DNA of 59,642 nt, filler included, from Circinaria calcarea (Eukaryota), in the NCBI GenBank assembly GCA_051942165.1. It is 5 parts of 5 records of this genome, joined end to end, with 100 filler letters (N's around TTAATTAATTAA, not from the genome) between each part and the next. Parts side by side here need not be neighbours in the genome. Positions count along the whole stretch, not along the records: positions 23,914 to 35,766 come from JAVECS010000634.1; positions 35,867 to 47,706 come from JAVECS010000635.1; 3 more parts are not named here. The stretch is one strand, 5' to 3'. Position 1 is the first letter of the stretch. Each line of letters begins with the position of its first letter. The translations under genes and the position numbers were made by a program. Under the pieces are notes generated by a model, which ran no database searches, was not told the DNA's origin, and saw only the letters and a list, made by a program, of their open reading frames with translations. Positions 25,947 through 36,018 of the stretch are shown one piece after another.

Positions 25947-27101
25947 ATGTCTGACCAAAGTTCGAATCGGCCTCTGGACGGTCAGCAGGACATGTCCAAC
26001 CATCCGCAATTTGCGGCTCTTAGCCAACGACTCACAATACTAGAGGCCCTAGTCCTGGCTCAGCAATCGACAATCTCCGACTTGACTCGGTCGGTCAACG
26101 AACTTCGTACCGCGAATCAAGCCCAACCGGGCGACAGTGGGCTTGGGGGATCCAGACCGGAAGCTCGGAATAGAGACAGATCAGATCCCCATCAGTCAAG
26201 GGGTAGAGAAGGCAGGAACGTACCGCAGCAGCGACATGGCCACACGAGGATGCCTTCACGCTCACGATCCCCTCTTATACATCATCCGCATCCTCGCCGA
26301 GAAGCATCTCCAATTGAAAGCGATGATAGTCTGATGGGTGCACACACCGGTGGTTCTGGTCGTCATAGAGATATGCAGAGATTGTCTGCCCTTCCTTCAC
26401 CCAGACCAAGACCGGCAGATATGGATACATTATTGGATGAAGGAAGTAGCCGACTGCAATCTGGACTTCAGCAACCAGAAAGTTCTACTAGTGGCAATAG
26501 GCGACCTCCAACTGGAAACTCTGACTTGGCCACAGGGAGTAGCGACCCTCAAGCCGTGGAGCAGTATTCCCCACCGCGAGAGACGCGTACGCTGGAGGCT
26601 GAAGAACCCATGGATGAAATCAATGGGATTTTGGCAAAGGTGATGGTGAAACTGGCAGAATTAGAAGCCGAACATAGAGAAGAGGAACTGGAACTCGAGG
26701 AACTCAAGGCTAAATCCAAGAGGCTGGATGAGGAGATTGCTGATGCGTTAAAGGAGTGGGAGGAAGAGGAGCGTAAGCTGATGGAAGTCCCCGACGAAAA
26801 CAGCGAGAAATATCGGGCGACAATGGCAATAATCAGCACAGTCAAGGCATGTGAGAAAAAGGAAGCGGACATGATCAAAGACGCCCTTGAGCGATTTGAC
26901 ATGAAAGATAAAAGCGTGGAGCCGGGGGACGCTGATAGGGCAGCGGCGCTTCCTCCAAATCCCTACCTGCAACAATTAGAAGAGGAGATGGCAGAATGGT
27001 GGGCTGATAAAAGTGACATGGAGAGCTATGTCGAAACAGAATTCACCGAAAGCGATCTGGTAGAGACAAACAAGATGTTGGCTGAAATGGGAGAGAGTTA
27101 G
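25947..27101 (+). CDS. Orphan low-complexity protein: N-terminal coiled coil, RS-rich disordered middle, acidic coiled-coil C-terminus
   Basis: Uninterrupted 384-codon ORF with LSQRLTILEALVLAQQSTISDLTRSVNELR heptads, RMPSRSRSP, and an E/K-rich helix. No family recognised. Confidence 0.7.
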   Translation: MSDQSSNRPLDGQQDMSNHPQFAALSQRLTILEALVLAQQSTISDLTRSVNELRTANQAQPGDSGLGGSRPEARNRDRSDPHQSRGREGRNVPQQRHGHTRMPSRSRSPLIHHPHPRREASPIESDDSLMGAHTGGSGRHRDMQRLSALPSPRPRPADMDTLLDEGSSRLQSGLQQPESSTSGNRRPPTGNSDLATGSSDPQAVEQYSPPRETRTLEAEEPMDEINGILAKVMVKLAELEAEHREEELELEELKAKSKRLDEEIADALKEWEEEERKLMEVPDENSEKYRATMAIISTVKACEKKEADMIKDALERFDMKDKSVEPGDADRAAALPPNPYLQQLEEEMAEWWADKSDMESYVETEFTESDLVETNKMLAEMGES

Positions 27102-27197
27102 GCGGCGACACAAAATAAGACGAATCCCATTCTTAAGAGTGACTGAGCCTCGATAAAAGAGTGGAGAAGGTAGTGGAGAGCAGGAATATTCCTCTAA

Positions 27198-27360
27198 GAA
27201 AGAGCTGGGTTTCTAGGGTACTGGGAACGATTTGCCTGAAAGAGCTGGGTGTTACTAAGGGATACAAGTAGCGTGTATAGAAAGAGCTGGGTTTTATGGG
27301 CGTATTGGTAAATACTATGCATGAAAGAGCTGGCTGCAAGAGATTACGAAAGAGTTGGCT
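27198..27360 (+). repeat. Degenerate ~40-43 bp tandem array with conserved core GAAAGAGCTGG
   Basis: Cores at 27198, 27238, 27280, 27323 and 27348 (last one GAAAGAGTTGG). Confidence 0.75.
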
Positions 27361-27494
27361 CCGTCTGATCTGTCAAAAGGGCTGAACATTGAGAAGCCAT
27401 GGATAAAATAGACCGAGTTAATATGTAATCAAAGGCCCCTTGCTTCTTAAACCCGCGACTGCTTCCACTGCATGGTGACTCAAGCTCTTCGTGG

Positions 27495-27588
27495 ATTCAC
27501 CCATTATTCTTCCCTGAGATGAATCCCCATCATTCTTTCCCGAGATAATTCACCCATTATTTTCCCCCGAGATGAATCCCCAATTCAT
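27495..27588. repeat. 26-27 bp tandem repeat with ~53-bp dimeric higher order
   Basis: ATTCACCCATTATT...GAGATG and AATCCCCA... units alternate. Confidence 0.75.
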
Positions 27589-27774
27589 GCCTCGCAGTGA
27601 ATTCCAAACCAGTCATCCCCAGAGATGTTAACCCAACCCAATCCTCCCCGATTTCAATTTCTTTCCCAACCATCTGCACCAACTTTCTTCATCACTCTCA
27701 AGTTTGAGCATTGTCTTACATCTTCGTATATATATATGATGCCATCCTCCTACATCTTCTTACTTTTTGGCCAG

Positions 27775-29777
27775 GAATTAGTGGTGTACTTGTCTCTGAT
27801 CAATGGCGTGCACCCCATATACCAGCCTCAGAAGACTGGAGGAGGCCAGCTTTCTCGGTGACCCCTCGTGCCCCCGCAGCCTTTACCAGACGTACACCTG
27901 AAGGACAAGAGCATTGGGTTCAAGGCCAGCGGGTGCGACAGAGTGCCGAACGTTTGGAACTGGAACTGGCAGAAAACCGAGCCGTTTTTACTGCTGCAGA
28001 GGCTCGACGTCAGCAAAGGAATGCTGGTGTAAGGCCATTGTCTGGCCCATCTACCTCGGTCCCAAGGCCTCCTTTGATCATTTGTTATATATGATATTGA
28101 CTCCGACCTCCGTTTGCTTTTCTTGAATTTTATACATCTGTTTTAGAATAGTTTATATAGTAGGCTTCTGTCAGAATCCAGACCTCTTGTCATGCAAAAG
28201 GCCTGTTCGGGAGGGATGACGGCGGAGAGGTTTCCCGGGGCGTTGGACACAGATTCGTTTGGTGCGCTGGAGAGGGGCTTGGAAGAGGCCAGGAAGGCCA
28301 GTGAGAAGGCTGTGGAGGAACATGAAGAAGCTAGGCGACAGGAGCTTCTGAAAGACCAGGCTGCGAAGAGAGCAGCAGTCCTGGCTGATAAGGCTGCGGC
28401 CTTGAACAAGCGCCAGGAGGAGAATGCCGCTTCCAAAGCTGCGACGCCTGCTCCCACCAACCAACGGCCACTCCATCGGATGGCTGGTGCAACGGGAGCG
28501 ATACCGATGCCAAGACCTGGGATGACGCTGCACGAGCAGTTCGACGTCCTCTATCAGAAAGAGGCCGATTACGAAGCTATGCAGGTGAGGCGAGGTGGTG
28601 GGACTTGGGGTGGACCTAGTCGCGGATATAGAAGCGCGGCACCCCATGCACCACTTTCAACCAGGCCTCGTGCACCACCAAATGTACCAACTGGACCAGC
28701 TCGTCAAGAAACGGGGGTTCGGGAGGTAAATCAGCCCGAGGCTGAAACGGTGAAGAGGCAGGAGGCACAGCTCCAGCACTGGAAGGTAGCCCAGAAAGAG
28801 AAGCAAAGGTTGCAGGGGAGGACCGCCAAGGTGGCATCCCTGGAAGACAGGATTTCTGGGAAGTGGAGAAGAAAGCTTCCACCCCTACACAAAGGGGTGG
28901 TAGCTTCCAGATCCGTGGCACATCTCGCGGTAGGGGTAACATTCCCCTCGGCCCTCGGCCAGCTTCTGTTCGACTAACGCAAGCAATGAGGCCCCTTCCA
29001 ACTCCCTCACCAGCTCGCCCATCAGCTCCTCCTGTCTCCCAGAGTGGAGATGTGGCTATTGAGCTTGCCCGAATCAATCTCGAGCGAGAGAGGCTTGTTT
29101 CGGAGAGAGAGCGTGAGCGTCTTGCTTTGGAGCGTAAGAAAGCGGACCATCAGATTGCGATGGATATGATGCGGCTTGGGGAAAACCGTGGCCGGAGATG
29201 TCGACACAACCCCGTCGGCGCCGTTCTCGGTCTGCCTCCCCACGTCACCGTAGTCCCACCCACTACGAAGGCTACCGTACTCCAAGGTCCCCAGCCGATC
29301 AGGGTCATGGGGATCAAAGTCGATCGCCAACAAGGTCACGATACCCGGGCGCCAGTACCCCCAACACCTGCCGTCGCCCCAGCATACACGCCAAGTATTG
29401 CCAGCCAAAGGTCGCATTCGATAAGGAGTGGATCTTCTGGGGTATCCTAAGAAGAATTCTCTCGCAATTGGGTGCCAAGGCAAGGTATCCGTGCGGGGAA
29501 TCAGGCCTTGCATGACAGTCAAGCAAATAGGGCTAGACTGCGAGCACGAGAGAGGGAGATGGAGTCGATGAAGCAGAAGATTGCAGCTAAGGAGCTGGAT
29601 GAGAAGAAGAAGGCGGAGGCTGCCAGGGCTATTACAGCAAGAGCAGGTCAGTTAGATGGCCAGACCTCTACCATCCCCAGTGAGATCGATGAACGACTAG
29701 AGCGTACATCTAAAAGTTACATCGAAGAAGCTTACAAATACTTGTATAAAAAATTATGCCTACAGGAGGTCGAGTAG
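27775..29777 (+). pseudogene. Frameshifted orphan RG/RS-rich coiled-coil gene
   Basis: The coding-like signal hops between ORFs 28192, 28863, 29198 and 29472 without introns, at G-runs near 28858, 29193 and 29349, with a stop at 29448. Contains RGGGTWGG, RGTSRGRG, RRRRSRSASP and ERERERL. 5' end uncertain. Confidence 0.55.
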
Positions 29778-29874
29778 AAGCTAAAGCTATAGGAGTTCGA
29801 ATTGGAGGAACGACGCCTGCGTCTTTTGTTATATATGATGTTGACTCTAGCCTCCGTTTGACTTTTCCAATATT

Positions 29875-30445
29875 ATATAAATTCCCTTTCAGGCGCGAAG
29901 CAGTGGGCGTCGTGATGAACGTCAAAGCGAATCAAGACGGTCAGACCGTCATTCTTCATATCGTTCTGATGAACGATGCTCGTCCTACCATTTTGGTTCT
30001 GGGCGTCGATCGTCTCATCGATCTTCCTATCGTTCGCCTTCTTGGCGTTTATATAAAATTCTTAATATTTAGATTCTGGTTTTCTATATTGGGCCCCGGC
30101 TATTCCTGTACTTTCACCTCTCTTCTGCATACGTTCTTTGGCAGTTTCATTGTTTGTCACGGAAAGTGCGTAGCAGATGCCGAGAGAATGGCTCGGCTTC
30201 AGCCAAAGGTCGATAGTATGAAATCACGCATCACAGTATCGAGTCCCGCGGCTGCCGTTCTCAGCTTCTTTCCCCAACTCGAGTATGCCGTCTACAATCG
30301 CTTCCACGCACCACCTTGGTCTGCTCATCCTTTTTCCTAAACATCCTCGCCTCTAACTGTAGCTATCTCCAGCAGCTCAACCATCTCCTATGAGCGTGGA
30401 CGGCTTCACCAGCAGGCAGTAGACCTTTGCCGGCGGTGGACCAAA
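29875..30445 (-). pseudogene. Possible relic of a UMP-CMP/adenylate kinase
   Basis: With frameshifts: GP-x-AGKG-x-x-C-x-LVK (30404-30442), AGD (30365-30373) and ETAKERMQKRGESTG (~30104-30148), in the order expected for NMP kinases. Confidence 0.3.
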
Positions 30446-31298
30446 CCATTCGAGCCACCATTGTTATCCCAGGCTCTCGTGCTCTATAGATCAGCTCCGG
30501 CAAAGGATATGGACAAAGGTTCCTTGGATTGAGTAGGAGGCATCGACTGTGATCGAGATGGATGACAGTAAGCAGTTCTTGACAGACTGATCAGGGATGG
30601 AAAGCAGCCGGCGTGTACGGAAGTCGTGTTTGATGTTGGAGGATGGTATGGATGGTTGGAAATCAAGCAAGGGGTGGATACATAGCTACTGGAGTCAAGC
30701 TACACATTAATCTGATAATTACAACTATTAAATCTGGGAACAGACAACTGCTTCGTTTTCTAACTGGAAAGTAAGCGTAGATTGTGTTAAGGGTTTGGGG
30801 ATAATCTCGACTGTATTCTTTACCATCTCTTTGGCTAATGATACTAGCAAGGCTTCCCACTAAGTAAAGTCGATCCTCGATGGTCTTTCCCGTCATATCC
30901 CATACATAGAAGTTTGAACATCGTTGCGAGGTAGTCGATTCATAATCTTCCTTTAAGGTAGGTAGAATATTGAACAGAGTAAGATCCGTAATACCAGCCT
31001 CGCGGCAAGCAATGCTCAGGTTCTACTTAGCTATATCGTTGCCAATATCAACCTTCTCTCCTAATTCTGTCTAAAAACGAACAACCAAGAGATATGCTAT
31101 GAACTTCTCGGTTATCCAGATTAGCGCGGGCTTTAGGGCATTAACCGAGAATTACAAATAAATATTAATCGAAATTCATAGAATCACGGATTAACCACCC
31201 CACAACGAATTGGACTTTGCAATTTCACCTCATCTCCATTTTCGATATTTCATCAAGTTTACCAGAAATCAACCTTACCAATCGATTAACGTTGTCAA

Positions 31299-32606
31299 AT
31301 GGCTTCATCAGGTAACCGACAAGGTAGAAACCGTGGTAGGCGCGCTGAGCGAGGTGGTGGGCGTGGTGACCGTGGTGGGAGTGGTGGTGGTCGAAGTGGG
31401 CAGCGTGGCAGGGATGATGGTGGCAATCGTGGACGTGGTCGTGGACAAGGACATGCCGGGCAATATGGGAATCAGGGGGAAAACGTCAATCTGGAAACTT
31501 TTGCAGCCAATGTTGCAACTGCAGTCATCACACAGCTCCAACCTCACCTCGGTACATCCGTAGGGTCCCAGAGACGAACTAGGTCTCGATCACCATCGCC
31601 GGAGACTCAGAGTTCTCACAGGAGATCAAGAGATGGGACATATAGGAATCGGGATAGCGAGGAGAGGAGATCGAGGGACGTGGCGACTCCTACAGCATAT
31701 GGACCTCCACAGCCACCGACTCAGTATGTGGGAAACCTATACGCCCAGCCCTACCAGCCGCAGTACCAGCCGCAGTACCAGCCGCAGTATGGGCCACAGT
31801 ATGGGCCACAGTATGGACCACAGTATGGACCACAGTATGGAACACAGTATGGACCACAGTATGGACCACAGTATCAGCAACAGTATCAGCCGCACTACCA
31901 GCAGCAATACCAGCAGCAATATGCTCCGCAACCCACCTACAACCCTGCCTATGGTTCGTATGCACCGCCACCGGGTCCGTATGTCCCGGCACATATGCAG
32001 TACGCTCCACAGCCTCCTTCAGTATACGCTCCGCAGCCTCCTCGAGTGTATGCCCCACAGCCTCCTCCAGCATATAGGACGAGTCCGCCACTGCCATGCT
32101 TTCCAACTTCGAGAGTCTGGGTCCGTCCTAGGGATAATGCTGGAGAAGCTGCTTCATCTGGGAGTAAAGCACTCGAGGGGAGTAAGGAGCCAGAGGCCGA
32201 TGTTGGCACAAGACAAGGTCCGGCTAGGGTAAAGGAAGAACCGAAGGAAGAAGAGAAGGGGAGACCTATGCGGGATGAGATAATTGTAGCTCTCGAGAAG
32301 ATAAAGAAGAATTATCTCCAGGTCCAGAAGGAGAATCTGGCAAAGGCAGAAAAGAAGAAGAATGAGATGAGGCAAAAGGAGATCAGCGAGCGGAAGCAAA
32401 ACGAGGCCGAGCAGGAGCACAAGGTGCGGGACCTTGAATTGGAGGAACGGCGTCTGCGTCTGAGAATGACCGCAGACGAGTTCGAGAAGAAGTGGGACGA
32501 AGCGGAAGACGACCGAGAGAGAAAGCGGTTGCGGGAAGAGCGTGCTGCGGATCTGGAGTGGAAATGGGAGGAAGAACGGGATAAGCATATCAAGGAGGAG
32601 CAATAG
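31299..32606 (+). CDS. Orphan RGG + RS + Q/Y/G/P prion-like repeat + coiled-coil protein
   Basis: 435-aa intronless ORF: GRNRGRRAERGGGRGDRGG, RTRSRSPSP, (QYQP/QYGP)n, (YAPQPP)3 and an E/K/R-rich C-terminal helix. Confidence 0.8.
   Translation: MASSGNRQGRNRGRRAERGGGRGDRGGSGGGRSGQRGRDDGGNRGRGRGQGHAGQYGNQGENVNLETFAANVATAVITQLQPHLGTSVGSQRRTRSRSPSPETQSSHRRSRDGTYRNRDSEERRSRDVATPTAYGPPQPPTQYVGNLYAQPYQPQYQPQYQPQYGPQYGPQYGPQYGPQYGTQYGPQYGPQYQQQYQPHYQQQYQQQYAPQPTYNPAYGSYAPPPGPYVPAHMQYAPQPPSVYAPQPPRVYAPQPPPAYRTSPPLPCFPTSRVWVRPRDNAGEAASSGSKALEGSKEPEADVGTRQGPARVKEEPKEEEKGRPMRDEIIVALEKIKKNYLQVQKENLAKAEKKKNEMRQKEISERKQNEAEQEHKVRDLELEERRLRLRMTADEFEKKWDEAEDDRERKRLREERAADLEWKWEEERDKHIKEEQ
31750..31925 (+). 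repeat. 12-bp coding tandem repeat (CAGTATGGACCA-type; QYGP/QYQP)
   Basis: About 14 consecutive units visible. Confidence 0.9.
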
Positions 32607-32636
32607 TTGAAGGTTTGATTTCACAGGGTGAGTGCA

Positions 32637-32755
32637 AGAGATGGGATCAGCGGAAGAGATAGGGTAAGTGAAAGAGATGGGGTCAGTAGAAGAGATGGGG
32701 TCAGTGGAAGAGATAGGGTCAGTGGAAGAGATGGGGTCAGTGGAAGAGATGGGTT
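32637..32755 (+). repeat. 18-bp tandem repeat AGAGATGGGGTCAGTGGA
   Basis: About 6.5 copies directly 3' of the 435-aa ORF. Confidence 0.9.
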
Positions 32756-33788
32756 ACAGGACTGGGTAATGGGATTTTTTCAGTGACTTGGTATCGCCGG
32801 CTTGGCTAAGAGATGGTTTGGCAAGACTATTATAGAACTGGGTAAAAACCCGATTCGTCGCAATAGCAACAATGGCATACTATTTCCATCTTCCACCTTG
32901 ACTACCTTGTGCACGACTCCGTGTATCTATTAATCGTAGCTAATCGATACAACGACCTCGTAGCTTATGACACTGCAGTTCCAGGGCGCGTCGTGAATAA
33001 GTCGATCTACGTATCTTGTCTAGACCTTCTCTGTGACAGACCAAGGAGCTTTTCAATGGAGGGGGTGTCTCCAGAGACCGGGAAGGTGGGGATCATTGGG
33101 TGGGAATGATTGGGTGAGGATGATTGTGGCGTAAGTGTTGGGGGTTAAGAGTTTGTTGAGTACCATCGTCTCGTCGCATTAACCTCTTCCCAACGTACCA
33201 ACCATCCCTTGTGTACCAACAGGCCACAGAGTATCGTTTGCTACTCCGTATGGGCAGAGAATTTGTTGAACTGGTTCACAGCTTGAAATCTTATGAGCTA
33301 ATCCGGCAACTTCCAGTTATAAAAGCTGGCCTTTGCAATTGCATGACTCCGACTACCTGGTAGCATAGGTAGTAGCACTTTTAATGCTATCTCCTCTTCC
33401 TCCATCTACAGAAAGAAGTACAGGCATTTATCAGTGATAGGTGCCTACAGATAACATTCGGGGTTTCCTTCGGAATTCTATAACGATACAACCGGCAGGG
33501 TGCAGAGTACTTGGAAGTTAATAGGTGGTGGGGGAAGAATAAGGAATAGGTGGATGTTATATATGACTCGCCTCGCAGTGGTTGTCACAACTGCATGGAA
33601 GTGGTAACAGCAGAAACGATTTCATTTGCTAAACCTGGATGGGGAGTACTTATCCTATTTTGCCAGCCATTTTAGAGCCCTTCTCTTGAGTTAACCATAT
33701 CCTTTCCTTGATTCACTATTTAAAGCCCACCTCTTAGTCATACCCACAAGCCCTCCTCTTGTCAAATGCCTCCTCGCACCTATCAGAG

Positions 33789-35766
33789 CTACCGGGCGGC
33801 AGGATTCATGGTCGCCGTCATCCACTCGGAGGTGTACCATCCTGGCTGTGCGCCGGGCTGCACAGTTTCTGTCCTCGTATTCCAGTCCCAATCACCCTCT
33901 GCATTAGGAGGTTCGTAATTGGGATCAAAGTCCTTGATGGCGCCCCGCAAATCCGCCTCGGTGACCGCTAGAACATCGCTGATGATTGCTCTCGTTCCAA
34001 TCTGAGTCATTTGCCGGTACACCAAATACTCGGGGAAATTGGGTTGCAGGTCTTGATTTCTCTTGCGATTCATATAGGCGTGATCATACACCAGACTACG
34101 TTTGCTGAGCTGCACCTGATTGCCCGTACGTCTGTCTGTATAAGTATCCTCGAAGCTATGTCGAGCAATCTTATAAGGAAGTCCGCGGATAATGGTCCGG
34201 CAGATATCATTGATCCTCGAGTCGCGCAGAGTGGATGGCGGTAGGTAGGCTTGGGATGGCTGGAGGCGTCTGCGGAGGTTCTCCTTGTTTCTCGCCTCCT
34301 CGCTGTTCGGTCTCCCCGCGCGGAGGTCTTGGTTTTTATGCAACATGGCATGTATATATGCCATGAGATCTCCGTATGTGCTGAGATATTGATCAATGGC
34401 ATGATCAAACAATACACTCGCAGGTCGACGACGCATGAGGACGGATGCCAGGCACAACATCTCCTCTGCCAACCCTACGCTGTCTCCCTCAAGCAGCATC
34501 CCCGCCAGCTCCAGATCGCAGGGGAGCTTCAATGCTTCCTCACCGCAAGGAGTTACCCGCAACTCGACATCGACCATCCCCATTATCCAAAGCTCTTGAT
34601 AGCCATCGCGGATGAAATCGAAAGGTGGTGCATCAAGAAACGGAATATCCCGGAGAAACAGGTCTGGTCTAGCATTTCGCAGACCGAGGATAACACGTGC
34701 CAGCCGACTTCTGGTGATGGGTACGGGATGATGGTCGGGCATCATTTCATAGGACAGCTCGGTATACATCCGCCAACATATCCCAGCCCTCGTCCTGCCG
34801 ACCCTGCCCTTGCGTTGATCAGCTGATCCCTTGGAAACGGCGGTGAGCCGGAGCTCTTCGCATTTCGTGATGGGGTCGTAGACGTCGACTTTCTCCAGAC
34901 CCGAATCAATCACGTGCACCACGTTCTCCACCGTCAAGCTCGTTTCGGCAATGTTGGTTGCCAGGATGACTCTGGTATACGTCGGCGGCGTGCGCGTATG
35001 AGAGGTGAGGACAGCCTCTTTGTCCTGTTGGGTCATACCACCGTACAGCTGATAAACCACGAGACGCAGTTGATCTGCCACTGTTCGGAGAGAACGGGTG
35101 AGCATAGAAATCTCCTCCTCGCCGGGAAGAAACACCAAGATATCCCCACCAAAGTTGCCCGTAATAATGTGTTCTATCGTTTGCCCAATCGAACTTGGGT
35201 AATTCGAGGCCGCCTTCTTCAGGTACTTTTGCTGAATAACATGTGGAGTCCCACCGGCAACATGCACAGCAGTCGAGCCTGGGAAATGGTTCAAAAACGA
35301 AGCTGCATTGATTGTGGCTGACATGATGATCAGCTTGAGATCGTTGTTGGGATCGTCAATGAGCTGTCGGAGAAGGGCCAGCAGCACGTCTGTATCCAAG
35401 CTCCTTTCGTGTGCTTCATCGATGATGATGGTGCTGTATCTCTTCGCCAGGATGTTACGGTCTTTACCGTGGTATGCCTCCATGGCCAAGAACCCATCTG
35501 TCATGAATTCGATGATTGTCTCTGACGAGGTCATCTTCGTACTTCCCACACGGTATCCGACTTGCTTGCCCAGCTCCACATCCATCTCAGCTGCCACTCG
35601 TCTGGCACTCTCTATACAGGCCACTATTCGATGTTTAACGACTGCGATGCCTCGAGTGGGACTTATCAGGTGGGGAAGGTCATCGTAAAGGACGAACTGG
35701 GGGATCTGGGTGGTCTTGCCACAACCAGTATCGCTCGTCACGACAATGACCTTGCTGGTCTGGTAT
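33789..35766 (-). CDS. Divergent Prp43/DHX15-like DEAH-box RNA helicase (5'-truncated; visible part intronless)
   Basis: TGCGKTTQIPQFVLYDDLPHL (Prp43-like), DEAHER, MSAT, LVFLPGEEEI, ATNIAETSLT, QRKGRVGRT, and a degenerate HA2/OB-like C-terminus. Confidence 0.88.
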
Positions 35767-35866
35767 NNNNNNNNNNNNNNNNNNNNNNNNNNNNNNNNNN
35801 NNNNNNNNNNTTAATTAATTAANNNNNNNNNNNNNNNNNNNNNNNNNNNNNNNNNNNNNNNNNNNN
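35767..35866. other. Artificial contig spacer
   Basis: N44-TTAATTAATTAA-N44. Confidence 0.98.
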
Positions 35867-35945
35867 GGGCTGTGGTGGACGTTTTAGTTCGGGGAGTGGG
35901 TTTGGGGGGAGGGAAGAGGAAAGATGGGAAGGAGAGGACACGTAC

Positions 35946-36018
35946 TGGCAGCGGCGGCGACAAGGAGGTGGAGGGAGAGGATGGAGAGGAGGAGGAAGAG
36001 TTGTGATCGGAGGATCAT
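35946..36018 (-). CDS. First exon (signal peptide) of a probable secreted protein, truncated by contig edge
   Basis: MILRSQLFLLLSILSLHLLVAAAA followed by a GTACGT donor; TATATAAA-like element upstream on the minus strand (~36108-36116). Confidence 0.5.

Noticed and set aside
27198..27360. CRISPR-like repeat/spacer pattern
   Set aside because: The repeat is only 11-13 bp, linkers resemble each other, there are no cas genes and the context is eukaryotic.
28850..29360. Programmed ribosomal frameshifting
   Set aside because: No canonical X XXY YYZ slippery heptamers at the shifts; mixed shift directions and an in-frame stop fit decay or error better.
29756..30340. 194-aa hydrophobic plus-strand ORF
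   Set aside because: Looks like an antisense shadow of a decayed minus-strand gene; no recognisable motifs.
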